DNA of 32,000 bases from Promethearchaeota archaeon (GTDB lineage: Archaea; Asgardarchaeota; Thorarchaeia; Thorarchaeales; Thorarchaeaceae). Below the pieces are notes generated by a model, which saw nothing but the letters and a program-made list of their open reading frames with translations, had not been told where the DNA came from and ran no database searches. The stretch spans positions 8,191 through 40,190 of the forward strand of contig JALVPN010000077.1 in the NCBI GenBank assembly GCA_027031765.1, read 5' to 3'. Shown here in pieces: positions 1 to 8,698 of this stretch; within the stretch, counting starts at the first letter, position 1, and each line of letters opens with the position of its first letter. The translations under genes were made by a program, and so were the position numbers.

Positions 1-808
1 GAGGGTGAGAGAGGCCCTGGAACTCGTCCGTCTGGAAGGGCTCGGTGACAGGCACATACACCAGCTCTCTGGTGGACAGCAGCAGAGGGTGGCCCTGGCC
101 AGAGCACTTTCCATCGAACCGGATGTGCTCCTGCTGGACGAGCCGCTCTCCAACCTGGATGCCAAGCTCAGACTGGAGATGCGCGAGGAGATAATCAGGA
201 TCCAGAAAGAGCTGAGGATAACCACGGTCTACGTGACACACGACCAGCGGGAGGCACTCAGCATCTCCGACATGGTGGCAGTGATGGACCGGGGATACGT
301 ACAGCAGTTTGGCCCTCCAAGAGAGATCTACGCGAGGCCCCAGACCATATTCGTCGCGGACTTCATAGGCCAGTGCACCTTCATCGACGGCGTCATAGAA
401 ACAGTAGGCGAAGAGCTCCATGTCCGCCTGCCCAATGGTGCACTGATCAAGGGTGTCGGGACAATTGATGGCTACCCCTTCGAAGAGGGCGAACAGGTGA
501 AGTGTGCAGTACGGCCCGAAGACCTTCTCATGAGCCGCTCGGACAGCTCCGACAACGAGATTGCCGGTGTCGTGACACGTACCATATACGTGGGCAATTC
601 GCTTGAGGTCTACTTCAAGGTCGGCGACATACCGGCGGAGGCCCTGTTGCCGCCCGACGCTGACGTCAAGATTGGTGACGAGCTCCATCTGTACGCCCCG
701 GTCCGGGATGTGATGGTGCTCCCACTTGGTGGAGTCCACGCCCTCGAGAAGGTGCCGGGACACTACATGGCACGTCAGACCGCCCCTACGACCGCTTCGA
801 GTGCCTAG
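1..808 (+). CDS. ABC transporter ATP-binding subunit (PotA/MalK-like, C-terminal TOBE domain); 5'-truncated by the window edge
   Basis: ABC signature LSGGQQQR, Walker B LLLDEP, H-loop YVTHD and a C-terminal OB/TOBE-like region. Walker A is absent and the frame is open to the window edge. Substrate cannot be assigned. Confidence 0.92.
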   Translation, partial: RVREALELVRLEGLGDRHIHQLSGGQQQRVALARALSIEPDVLLLDEPLSNLDAKLRLEMREEIIRIQKELRITTVYVTHDQREALSISDMVAVMDRGYVQQFGPPREIYARPQTIFVADFIGQCTFIDGVIETVGEELHVRLPNGALIKGVGTIDGYPFEEGEQVKCAVRPEDLLMSRSDSSDNEIAGVVTRTIYVGNSLEVYFKVGDIPAEALLPPDADVKIGDELHLYAPVRDVMVLPLGGVHALEKVPGHYMARQTAPTTASSA

Positions 809-2804
809 TCTGCACAGCGACACCACGACTGAATGCCAGCATCTCGGGCCCGGTCAGGAGTGCACGCCCCACGCCCACCATCTGCCTGTCGGGGCCCAGG
901 ACCACCACCTCCTCTCCGGCCCGCAGGTCATCACTGGCCCATGCCACGAACTTTGCAAGGGCCGAGCGGCCCTTGGCAACATATTCGGCAGCCTCCTCCT
1001 CCATGACAACATGGTACACCTCGTCGAGCCCCGCGTCAATGAGCAGCTGGCCACCCGAATAGGTGGGGGTAAGCAGCCCCGTAGTCGGTACCAGTGTGAA
1101 CACCAGCTCATCACCGGACAGGACATGCCTCACCTTGCCCGTGCTCCGCGATGTCCTCACATCCAGGCGTGACACATCGGACGCGTCAAGCTGCAGACCC
1201 CACTGGAACGCGACGAGTGCGGTGAGTTTCCTTTGCCAGTAGACAGCGCTGCCCGCCGGCGGCATGTGGTCCAGCACACTGGACATGGAGTCAATACGTG
1301 TGACACCGGGGACATGCTCAGAGAGGCGGTCGGTGGGTACAGGTCGCGACAGCCACAGTGCCTCTTCGTACTCGATGCTGTTGACCAGGGCCTGCAGACG
1401 CCGTCCTGCCACTGCGAGGGTCTCGCTGTCGAGAGATGATGGGAACACGCACTGCTGGGCAGGATGGACATGCTCCAGTTCCCAGGGCACCACACCAATA
1501 GGAGTGACGAAGAACAGTAATGTGTCGTCCTGTGATGTTTCTCGCACCCTGTCGACGAGTGGTCCGGTCGTGTCTGCAAAGGGCGGGTCACCGAGAGGGG
1601 GTACGAACACAATGGTGCGTGCCCGCCGGAACGGGTATCTTGTGGCGACGCGGTGGCTGAAACGTAGCACCGCCGGGTGACGTGTCGTCTCGGCGCCTGT
1701 GAAGAGCACGGAGGAGGGGTTCGCAACGGGGTCGTGCCGCTCGATGAGGTCGATGTGCTCCATCATGGCCTGGAATGCCTCATACAGTGCAGGGTGAGCA
1801 CGTGCACGCATGGCTGCAAGCTCGAAGAGCTTGCCCTCTGCAATTGCCACCCGCACACGTCGCATCTCGGCAGCACTCACATACAGGTTGTGACGCATCA
1901 ACACGTAGGCCCGCTCACTCTTGGAATACGCCATGAGCATGTCCACCGAGTCACCGGCACAGACGGGACACTCACACGGCAGTTCCCGCAGCTCATCGAG
2001 GTGTGCAGTGCCAGTGGGGAGCAGCATGCGGTCCGTATCTGCGAACTTGGCATACGACGCAGAGTCGAAGAGGTCGCAGCCGAGCAGGGCGGCCTGTGCG
2101 AAGAACATTGGGTGACCACACCCAAAGAGGTGCACGGGTCTGTCAGGCGGCAGGTGCTGTTTCGCAGCGAGGACTGCACGCACTATGTCCGCATACCGGT
2201 ACTGTTCCATGAGGGGGACCGCACCACCCACAGGGTGCACATCGAAGTCCATCTTTGAGAGCTCCCGTGCAGCGTGGGCGCGCAGATCAGGATATGAACC
2301 GCCCTGCACGGTCCCGGCCAGCAGCATGTCCCCCTTCTCAGCAGTAGAGACCGCAGCACGTTCTAGCGAGACCCGGACATCCTCCTCTACCCGCTGGCGC
2401 CCGACATCCGGGTCCGAGAAGACATCGAGGATTGTGCCGATGTCAGAACCAATCTCCCGCTGGAAACGCACAATGTCAATGGGGTCAATCTCGTCCTCTG
2501 GGAGGTCGTGCACGTACATCTGGAACGTCCCGGAGTCCGTCATCACGGGGCCTGAGAACCCCAGCAGGCTGTGTACACCCTCTTCAAGGGCACGGTCACG
2601 GAACTTGGCGCGTGAACGGATGATGTACGAGTTGGTGATGACCATCTGGTAACCAAAGACCGACGCCATCTCTGCCGGTGGTATCTCGGACTTGCCCGGG
2701 TGCACAACAGGCATTAGGAGGGGGGTGCGCACCGTACCATGGGCAGTGCGGAGGAGCCCCAGCCTGGCAAGACCGTCCTTGGCACGGATCTCGAAGTGAC
2801 TCAT
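786..2804 (-). CDS. tgtA: Archaeosine tRNA-guanine(15) transglycosylase
   Basis: TGT N-terminus (FEIRAKDGLARLG..TP..MPV), catalytic MTDSG, Zn site CECPVC...HN, C-terminal PUA domain (GRSALAKFV...GEEVVV...GVG). 672 aa. Confidence 0.93.
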   Translation of the reverse strand: MSHFEIRAKDGLARLGLLRTAHGTVRTPLLMPVVHPGKSEIPPAEMASVFGYQMVITNSYIIRSRAKFRDRALEEGVHSLLGFSGPVMTDSGTFQMYVHDLPEDEIDPIDIVRFQREIGSDIGTILDVFSDPDVGRQRVEEDVRVSLERAAVSTAEKGDMLLAGTVQGGSYPDLRAHAARELSKMDFDVHPVGGAVPLMEQYRYADIVRAVLAAKQHLPPDRPVHLFGCGHPMFFAQAALLGCDLFDSASYAKFADTDRMLLPTGTAHLDELRELPCECPVCAGDSVDMLMAYSKSERAYVLMRHNLYVSAAEMRRVRVAIAEGKLFELAAMRARAHPALYEAFQAMMEHIDLIERHDPVANPSSVLFTGAETTRHPAVLRFSHRVATRYPFRRARTIVFVPPLGDPPFADTTGPLVDRVRETSQDDTLLFFVTPIGVVPWELEHVHPAQQCVFPSSLDSETLAVAGRRLQALVNSIEYEEALWLSRPVPTDRLSEHVPGVTRIDSMSSVLDHMPPAGSAVYWQRKLTALVAFQWGLQLDASDVSRLDVRTSRSTGKVRHVLSGDELVFTLVPTTGLLTPTYSGGQLLIDAGLDEVYHVVMEEEAAEYVAKGRSALAKFVAWASDDLRAGEEVVVLGPDRQMVGVGRALLTGPEMLAFSRGVAVQTRHSKRS

Positions 2805-3063
2805 GATGGGTCATCACGGGCGGAGCTGCGCATTGGATGAATCTTTTGATAGTGCGAGGACTGCTGACGGGACGGGACACCACATGTGTGTGACGCCTGC
2901 ACGCGGGCTGCTGGTGACATGCGACATGGTGGCATGATACAGTACATGTGGGTATGGGCGGGTGTACACGGTCTGGTGACTGACCGATGGGGTACAGGGG
3001 CCAGCACCGGCCCCTCCATGAAGTGGGGCTGGCCAGTGGGGCGACTGCCAGTGGAATCAATGC

Positions 3064-3069
3064 TATAAG
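3064..3069 (+). promoter_or_regulatory. Putative TATA box for hflX
   Basis: TATAAG about 26 nt upstream of ATG 3095, compatible with a leaderless transcript. Confidence 0.5.
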
Positions 3070-3094
3070 TCAAAGGGGCAACATGCACTGCAAG

Positions 3095-4381
3095 ATGGAA
3101 ACAGGCACCGCCGTGCTAGTCCAGCGCAGATCGCCTGAAGAACCAGACCTGATGGACGAGTTCGAGGCCCTTGCTGAAACGGCAGGCTACACGGTCATCG
3201 GAAAGTTCGACGTAGTGGGCCCGCCGTCTGCTAGGTTCGGCATCCGGACCGGGAAGGTCGAGGAGATAGGGACATGGATTGAACACCGACAGCCGGACTT
3301 TGTGCTCTTCGCGCCGGCGCTCAGGTCGGGCCAGATGTTCAGGTTGATGGAGGAGTGGGGGGTCGAGGTACGCGACAGGACACAGCTCATCCTTGAGATC
3401 TTTGACAGGCACGCACGTACACCACAGGCAAAGCTCCAGATAGAACAGGCACGTCTGAGCTACGAGCTGCCGTTCCAGAGGCACCAGATCAGGATGCGCC
3501 TGCAGAGGGAGCACACAGGGGACAGGCCGACCACCGAACAGGTCGGTGCTGGAGAGGACCTGCTCAACATGAGGGTGAGGGAGATACGCAGGCGGATAGC
3601 CCACATACGTCGCAGGCTCACCGAGATCTGGCGGGCCCAGGACCTGAAGCGGAAACAGCGTGACCAGAGGGGCTTCTACGAGGTGGCGCTGGCAGGCTAT
3701 ACGAATGCCGGGAAGAGCACCCTGCACCGGGCACTGACCGGCTCCGAGGTCGAGGTCGCAGACGGGCTGTTCACCACCCTTTCGACAAAGGCGTCGTTGC
3801 TCGGGACACCCGGGCGGCGCACAGTGCTGATAGACTCTGTGGGCTTCATCAGTTCGCTCCCCCGCGACCTGTTGGATGCGTTCCGGACCACCCTGCAGGA
3901 GATTGCCGATGCCGATGTCATTGTCCTCGTAGTGGACGGGTCGGACAGCACGGACGAGATCATGAGGAAGACCGCGACCTGTACCAGCACGTTCCTGGAG
4001 ATAGGTGCCAATGGTATACCAGTCGTGGTGGCCATGAACAAGGTCGACCTGCTGACGGAGGCCGAGGTCGAGGAGAGGCTGGACGTACTCAGGAGCACAT
4101 ACGAGAGCGTTGTCCCGGTCTCAGCCATGCATGGGATCAACCTGCAGACACTCGTGGCCGAGGTCGAGAAACGGCTGCCACCTCTTGAACACTACCAGCT
4201 CTCATTGGAGTATGGTGACGAGTCTGCATCACTCATATCGTGGCTGCACGAGGTGGGACGCATTGAGCACAAGGAGTACAGTGCACATGGAGTGCGGTTG
4301 GATGTCGCACTCACGGCGGACATTGCTGCCAAGTTGTCGAGGATAGTCCCACCGGACAGGATCCGCAGGAGAGGCCACTGA
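3095..4381 (+). CDS. hflX: GTPase HflX
   Basis: DRTQLILEIF..HA...AKLQIE.A.L.Y motif; G1 GYTNAGKST, G2 LFTTL, G3 DSVG, G4 NKVD. Start placed at ATG 3095 (ATG 3083 is an alternative); the track start at 2987 lies upstream of the TATA box. Confidence 0.93.
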   Translation: METGTAVLVQRRSPEEPDLMDEFEALAETAGYTVIGKFDVVGPPSARFGIRTGKVEEIGTWIEHRQPDFVLFAPALRSGQMFRLMEEWGVEVRDRTQLILEIFDRHARTPQAKLQIEQARLSYELPFQRHQIRMRLQREHTGDRPTTEQVGAGEDLLNMRVREIRRRIAHIRRRLTEIWRAQDLKRKQRDQRGFYEVALAGYTNAGKSTLHRALTGSEVEVADGLFTTLSTKASLLGTPGRRTVLIDSVGFISSLPRDLLDAFRTTLQEIADADVIVLVVDGSDSTDEIMRKTATCTSTFLEIGANGIPVVVAMNKVDLLTEAEVEERLDVLRSTYESVVPVSAMHGINLQTLVAEVEKRLPPLEHYQLSLEYGDESASLISWLHEVGRIEHKEYSAHGVRLDVALTADIAAKLSRIVPPDRIRRRGH

Positions 4382-4456
4382 ACACGGTGCCCACGTGGGA
4401 ACATTCTTTTGAGTGCGCACACCGCCAGTATGAGAGCTTGAGGAGGTATGTGAGAA

Positions 4457-5122
4457 GTGATAGCCCTTCGACTGAAGGCACCAGAGAAAATCCTTGAGGC
4501 GCTGGAGGGACACGAGAAGATAGTGCTCTTTGGGGACTCCGGGTGTGCCCAGCTGTGTGATGTGGGCGGACTGCTCCAGCTCGAGGACATGGAGGACTTC
4601 CTGACAAGGAACGGGAAGACCGTCCTCGGTGCTGTGTTCGTCGAGGGTGGCATCTGCAATGGCCCTGTCTTCAGGAGTACGGTGCAGGAGCAACGGGCAG
4701 TGATAGACAGCGCCGACGCACTGCTGGTACAGGCCTGTGGTGTCGCAGTACAGACCATTGTAGAACACATCCCGGAGAAGGAGGCCTTCCCTGCGGCTGA
4801 CTCGATGTTCCTCGGGGTTTCAAGGGGGCGTGGGACACACTCCGAGCTCTGCGCGATGTGCGGGGACTGCATCCTCCACCTGACCGGCGGGATATGCCCA
4901 CTGGCCCGCTGTGCGAAGGGGATACTCAACGGCCCCTGCGGTGGCTCCATGAACGGCAAGTGCGAGAGGGATGAGGACACTGACTGCGCATGGCAGCTCA
5001 TCTACGACAGGCTGCGGGCACTGGGAAAGCTCGACAACATCCGGAAGGTGTGGGAGATGAAGGACTGGAGGAGCTCACATGGGCCGCGGGTCATCTCGCA
5101 CCATGGAGGCGCAATAGCCTAA
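4457..5122 (+). CDS. metV: MetV-type Fe-S/Zn partner of methylenetetrahydrofolate reductase (MTHFR C-terminal-like domain)
   Basis: Cys pattern CAMCGDC..TGGICP..RCAK..LNGPCGG..GKCE...DCAW; GGAGGT ribosome-binding site before GTG; immediately upstream of metF. Confidence 0.85.
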   Translation: MIALRLKAPEKILEALEGHEKIVLFGDSGCAQLCDVGGLLQLEDMEDFLTRNGKTVLGAVFVEGGICNGPVFRSTVQEQRAVIDSADALLVQACGVAVQTIVEHIPEKEAFPAADSMFLGVSRGRGTHSELCAMCGDCILHLTGGICPLARCAKGILNGPCGGSMNGKCERDEDTDCAWQLIYDRLRALGKLDNIRKVWEMKDWRSSHGPRVISHHGGAIA

Positions 5123-5170
5123 AGATAATAAGGGGTCTCAGCCGGTCGAGTCCAGAAACACGAGGAGAGG

Positions 5171-6103
5171 ATAACACTCGGTAGCGGAACACGGCTGCAA
5201 CAGTCACTGGAAAGAGAAGGCCTGACCATCACCGGGGAAATCGTACCCCCCCGCGGTGCCAGCCCGAAGGCCCTGCTTGAGAAGGCACGGGCGGTCGCTG
5301 CGGACTGTGTCGCCATCAACATCACGGACAACATACGCGGGAACCCAGCAATGAGCAGCATTGCAGCCAGCCACCTGATATGTGACGTGGGTGCCGAACC
5401 AATACTCCAACTGTCGACACGCGACAGGAACCGCATACTGCTTGAGAGCGAGCTGTATGGCGCCCATGCGCTTGGCATCAGGAACGTCCTCTTTGTGACT
5501 GGCGACCACACGCTGCTCGGCACCCATCCGCATGCAAAGATGGTCTATGACCTCGACTCGATACAGGCCCTCCAGCTGGCCTCGGAGCTCATGCATGGCA
5601 GGGACCTGGCGGGAAAGGAGCTCGATGGTACACCGTCGTTCTATCTGGGCTCCACCTTCAACCCGTACGCAGACCCCATGGAGCTCCATGCCTGGCGGGT
5701 CGAGAAGAAGCGGGATGCCGGGGCACAGTTCTTCCAGACGCAGGCAGTATACGATGTCGGGCGGTTCAGAGACTTCATGGCACAGATACGGGGCCTCGGA
5801 GTGTACGTGCTCGCCGGGATATACGTCCTGAGAGGGCCGAAGACCGCGAGGTTCATGGACGAGCGCGTGCCGGGGATATACATCCCAGAGGAGATAATTG
5901 AACGGCTCGAGAAGGCTGGGGAGGGCCTGAGTGGCAAGGAGGCCCGGGCCCGCAGACGGGAGGAGGGCATAGCGATAGCCCTTGAGACCACAAGGGAGGT
6001 GATGAGGGTGCCGGGGGTGCACGGTATTGACCTGATGGGGACGGGCTGGGAGCCACACATCACACGCTTCATCGAATCTGCAAGCGGACAGCAGGAGGGA
6101 TAG
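5171..6103 (+). CDS. metF: Methylenetetrahydrofolate reductase, MetVF type; probable non-canonical (ATA) start
   Basis: Motifs TGDH..GTHP.AK.V.DLDS, EKK..AGAQFFQTQ.VYD. The conserved N-terminal GEIVPPRG and AINITDN lie upstream of the first ATG (5351), so the true start is further 5'. Start coordinate uncertain. Confidence 0.85.
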   Translation: MTLGSGTRLQQSLEREGLTITGEIVPPRGASPKALLEKARAVAADCVAINITDNIRGNPAMSSIAASHLICDVGAEPILQLSTRDRNRILLESELYGAHALGIRNVLFVTGDHTLLGTHPHAKMVYDLDSIQALQLASELMHGRDLAGKELDGTPSFYLGSTFNPYADPMELHAWRVEKKRDAGAQFFQTQAVYDVGRFRDFMAQIRGLGVYVLAGIYVLRGPKTARFMDERVPGIYIPEEIIERLEKAGEGLSGKEARARRREEGIAIALETTREVMRVPGVHGIDLMGTGWEPHITRFIESASGQQEG

Positions 6104-6107
6104 GAGG

Positions 6108-7025
6108 TTGTTCGTGTTCAAGAAGGAGCAACAGGTAATAGAGATTGGAGGCGTGAGCGTAGGCGGGCAGCCCGGGGAGCACCCCACCGTACTGATAGGT
6201 GGCATGTTCTTCAAGGGCCAGCCCATCGTCAAGAACACAAAGCAGGGGATATTCGACGAGGAGATGGCCCGTGAGTGGGTCGACCTTGCCAACGACATGG
6301 TGATCCGCACAGGACACCCGCTCATCATACAGGTGTACGGCCGCACCGAGACCGCCATGGAGCGTCACATAGGCTGGCTCGCAGAGAACTTCGACGGGCC
6401 CTTCATGTTCGAGTCGACGAACGCAAAGGCGCGGGTGAGAGGGATTGAGTACTGCAACGAGACCGGCCTCCATGACAGGGCAATCTACAACTCGGTCAAC
6501 CTGTCGATGAAGGACGATGAGAAACAGGTCCTGTCCAACAGCCGCATTGACTCCGCAGTTGTCCTTGGCTGGTCGCCACGCGCCACGAGCCTTGAGGAAC
6601 GGATGGAAACAGTAGGGGCAATGATTACGGAGGCCCGTGAGATGGGGCTCCAGCGGCTGCTCGTGGACCCTGCAACTCTGCCCGTGGGCGCAGGGTACGG
6701 ACTCGAACTGCGCACTATGATTGCGATAAAGTCACAGCACGGTCTGCCGACCTGTCTGGGCCCCCACAATGCGCCCTCGGCGTGGCAGTTCATCAAGCAG
6801 CCCGGCCTTGACGACGAGCCGGCACACCTCTCGGCAGTGGTCGCGGCAACGGTGGCGGCTCAGCTGTTCGCCACAGATGCGGTCATGTATGGCTCGATGG
6901 CACGGACGAGGGAGGCCTTCATTGCGGTTGCCCTGATAGGGAATGCACTCGCAGCCACTGCGGCCGAGGCATCCCATGCACTCGGGGTGGACAGGCAGCT
7001 CTTTGAACCGCCCACATCGTTCTGA
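6108..7025 (+). CDS. mtrH: MtrH-family pterin methyltransferase, divergent paralog 1
   Basis: MFVFKKEQQVIEIGGV..GGQPGEHPTVL, AIYNSVN, GPHNAPSAW; TTG start. Confidence 0.85.
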   Translation: MFVFKKEQQVIEIGGVSVGGQPGEHPTVLIGGMFFKGQPIVKNTKQGIFDEEMAREWVDLANDMVIRTGHPLIIQVYGRTETAMERHIGWLAENFDGPFMFESTNAKARVRGIEYCNETGLHDRAIYNSVNLSMKDDEKQVLSNSRIDSAVVLGWSPRATSLEERMETVGAMITEAREMGLQRLLVDPATLPVGAGYGLELRTMIAIKSQHGLPTCLGPHNAPSAWQFIKQPGLDDEPAHLSAVVAATVAAQLFATDAVMYGSMARTREAFIAVALIGNALAATAAEASHALGVDRQLFEPPTSF

Positions 7026-7048
7026 TATCTGGCAGGTGGTGGTAGACG

Positions 7049-7741
7049 GTGGGGCAGAGTGCTGACAGGCAGTGGCCGCCGGTGCCAGGCGACTTCATTG
7101 TGGGCGACCCGGGACACCCGGTGGCCATATGCACGCTCGGTAAGAAGATTGATGTTGACTGTGAGTACGCCATAATCGGGACGTGCAAGACCGAGAACAT
7201 AGGGATAGAGAGGGTCATTGTGAACATAGTCTCGAACCCAAGGGTCAGGTACCTGATACTCGCAGGCCCAGAGGTGCCGGGTCACAGGACGGGACAGTCC
7301 CTCAAGAGCCTGTATGAGAACGGGGTCGATAGCAAGACCCGGCGGATTGTGGGTGCGGAGGGGGCGATACCGTTCATTGAGAACGTGCCCCTTGAGGCGG
7401 TCGAGCGGTTCCGTCAGCAGGTACAGCTCGTCAACATGCTGAACATCACCGACCCGTCGAGGATTGCGGACACCGCTGCAGAGCTCGCACGCAAAGACCC
7501 CGGCGAGTTCCCGGACGGACCCATGTGGGTGGACTTTGGCACGCACCAGGGTGCCACCCGCGTCCTCACTCCGGGCGGTGCGGTTGCCATTGTCCCGGAG
7601 CTCGGTATTGCGCTCGACCCGTGGACGTCGCTGGTGTCATCACGGGACGCCATGGTGATAGTCTCAGTGCACCCATCAACCGTGGTCGCAGAGTTGCAGG
7701 AACAGGACGGTGGACACGTGATTGTTGTGAGGGAGGTATGA
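7049..7741 (+). CDS. mtrA: MtrA-family corrinoid protein, soluble, with an MtrB-like C-terminal extension
   Basis: CKTENIGIERVIVNIVSNP..RYLIL.G.EVPGH.TGQ...NG....I.GA.GAIPFIEN, with the Co-ligand His in the GH motif retained. No hydrophobic membrane anchor seen. Confidence 0.9.
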   Translation: MGQSADRQWPPVPGDFIVGDPGHPVAICTLGKKIDVDCEYAIIGTCKTENIGIERVIVNIVSNPRVRYLILAGPEVPGHRTGQSLKSLYENGVDSKTRRIVGAEGAIPFIENVPLEAVERFRQQVQLVNMLNITDPSRIADTAAELARKDPGEFPDGPMWVDFGTHQGATRVLTPGGAVAIVPELGIALDPWTSLVSSRDAMVIVSVHPSTVVAELQEQDGGHVIVVREV

Positions 7742-7747
7742 CAGACA

Positions 7748-8683
7748 GTGTTCGTGTTCGAACGTGAGCAGCAGATCTTTGACATCGGTGGTGTCACGGT
7801 CGGTGGCACTCCGGGAGAGAACCCGACCGTCCTTGCCGGGACGATATTCTACTCCGGTGACAAGACCGTCCGCGACGCCCGTACGGGCGAGTTCGATGCG
7901 GCGGAGGCGGAGAGGCTGGTCACGACACAGGACGAGCTGTCAGACATGACGGGCAACCCGGCCCTCGTCCAGGTGTTTGCACAGTCGCCGCGTGCTGTGG
8001 AGAGGTACATCGACTTTGTGAGCGAGGTCACTGATGCGCCGTTCCTGATAGACTCCACAGACCCTGAGACACGGGTCGCGGGGCTCCGTCATGCGGAGGA
8101 GGTGGGGCTGCTCGACAGGGCGGTGTACAACTCCGTCAACATCTCAATGACCGAGGACGAACGGATGGCCCTCTCCGAGATGGGACAGCTGTGTGCGATA
8201 GTCCTTGCTTTCAACCCCCATGACGCGACGATTGCAGGGCGCAGGGCCGTCCTCGAGTCAGGGACGCCGGAGATGGGAGAGGGGCTGCTTGAGACCTGTG
8301 AGAAGGTGGGCATCAACAGGCCACTCATAGACACAGCAATGACCTCCCTCGGGGCCGGGGCGGGGCCCGCCGTGGCATTCACCCTCGTTGCAAAGAGCCT
8401 CTATGGCTATCCCACCGGGTGCGGTATACACAATGCCGTGTCGTCGTGGCCATGGCTGCTGGGACTGAAGCGACACGACAAAGAGGCATACCGCACCTGT
8501 GATGTCGCGTCCAACGTCATCGTACAGCTGATGGGCGGTGACTTTGTCCTCTACGGGCCCATAAAGAATGCCAGGCTCGTGTTCCCTGTGGCTGCAATGG
8601 CAGACGCGCTCGCGGCCGAGTGCGTGAGCATGGAGCTCGGTGTCAGTCCGGCCGATGGGCACCCGTTCAGGCGGCTGGTATAG
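7748..8683 (+). CDS. mtrH: MtrH-family pterin methyltransferase, canonical-like paralog 2
   Basis: GGTPGENPTVLAGTIFY, PFLIDST, RAVYNSVN, GCGIHNAVSSW, GDFVLYGPI.NA. Confidence 0.92.
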   Translation: MFVFEREQQIFDIGGVTVGGTPGENPTVLAGTIFYSGDKTVRDARTGEFDAAEAERLVTTQDELSDMTGNPALVQVFAQSPRAVERYIDFVSEVTDAPFLIDSTDPETRVAGLRHAEEVGLLDRAVYNSVNISMTEDERMALSEMGQLCAIVLAFNPHDATIAGRRAVLESGTPEMGEGLLETCEKVGINRPLIDTAMTSLGAGAGPAVAFTLVAKSLYGYPTGCGIHNAVSSWPWLLGLKRHDKEAYRTCDVASNVIVQLMGGDFVLYGPIKNARLVFPVAAMADALAAECVSMELGVSPADGHPFRRLV

Positions 8684-8698
8684 GACGGGTGTAGCAGT

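Noticed and set aside
2987-3094. N-terminal extension of HflX in the track
   Set aside because: It lies upstream of and across the TATA box and has no HflX-like content.
4457-6103. metV-metF fusion by stop-codon read-through (same reading frame)
   Set aside because: Three in-frame TAA stops (5120, 5126, 5129) separate the two genes; no UGA/UAG recoding context.
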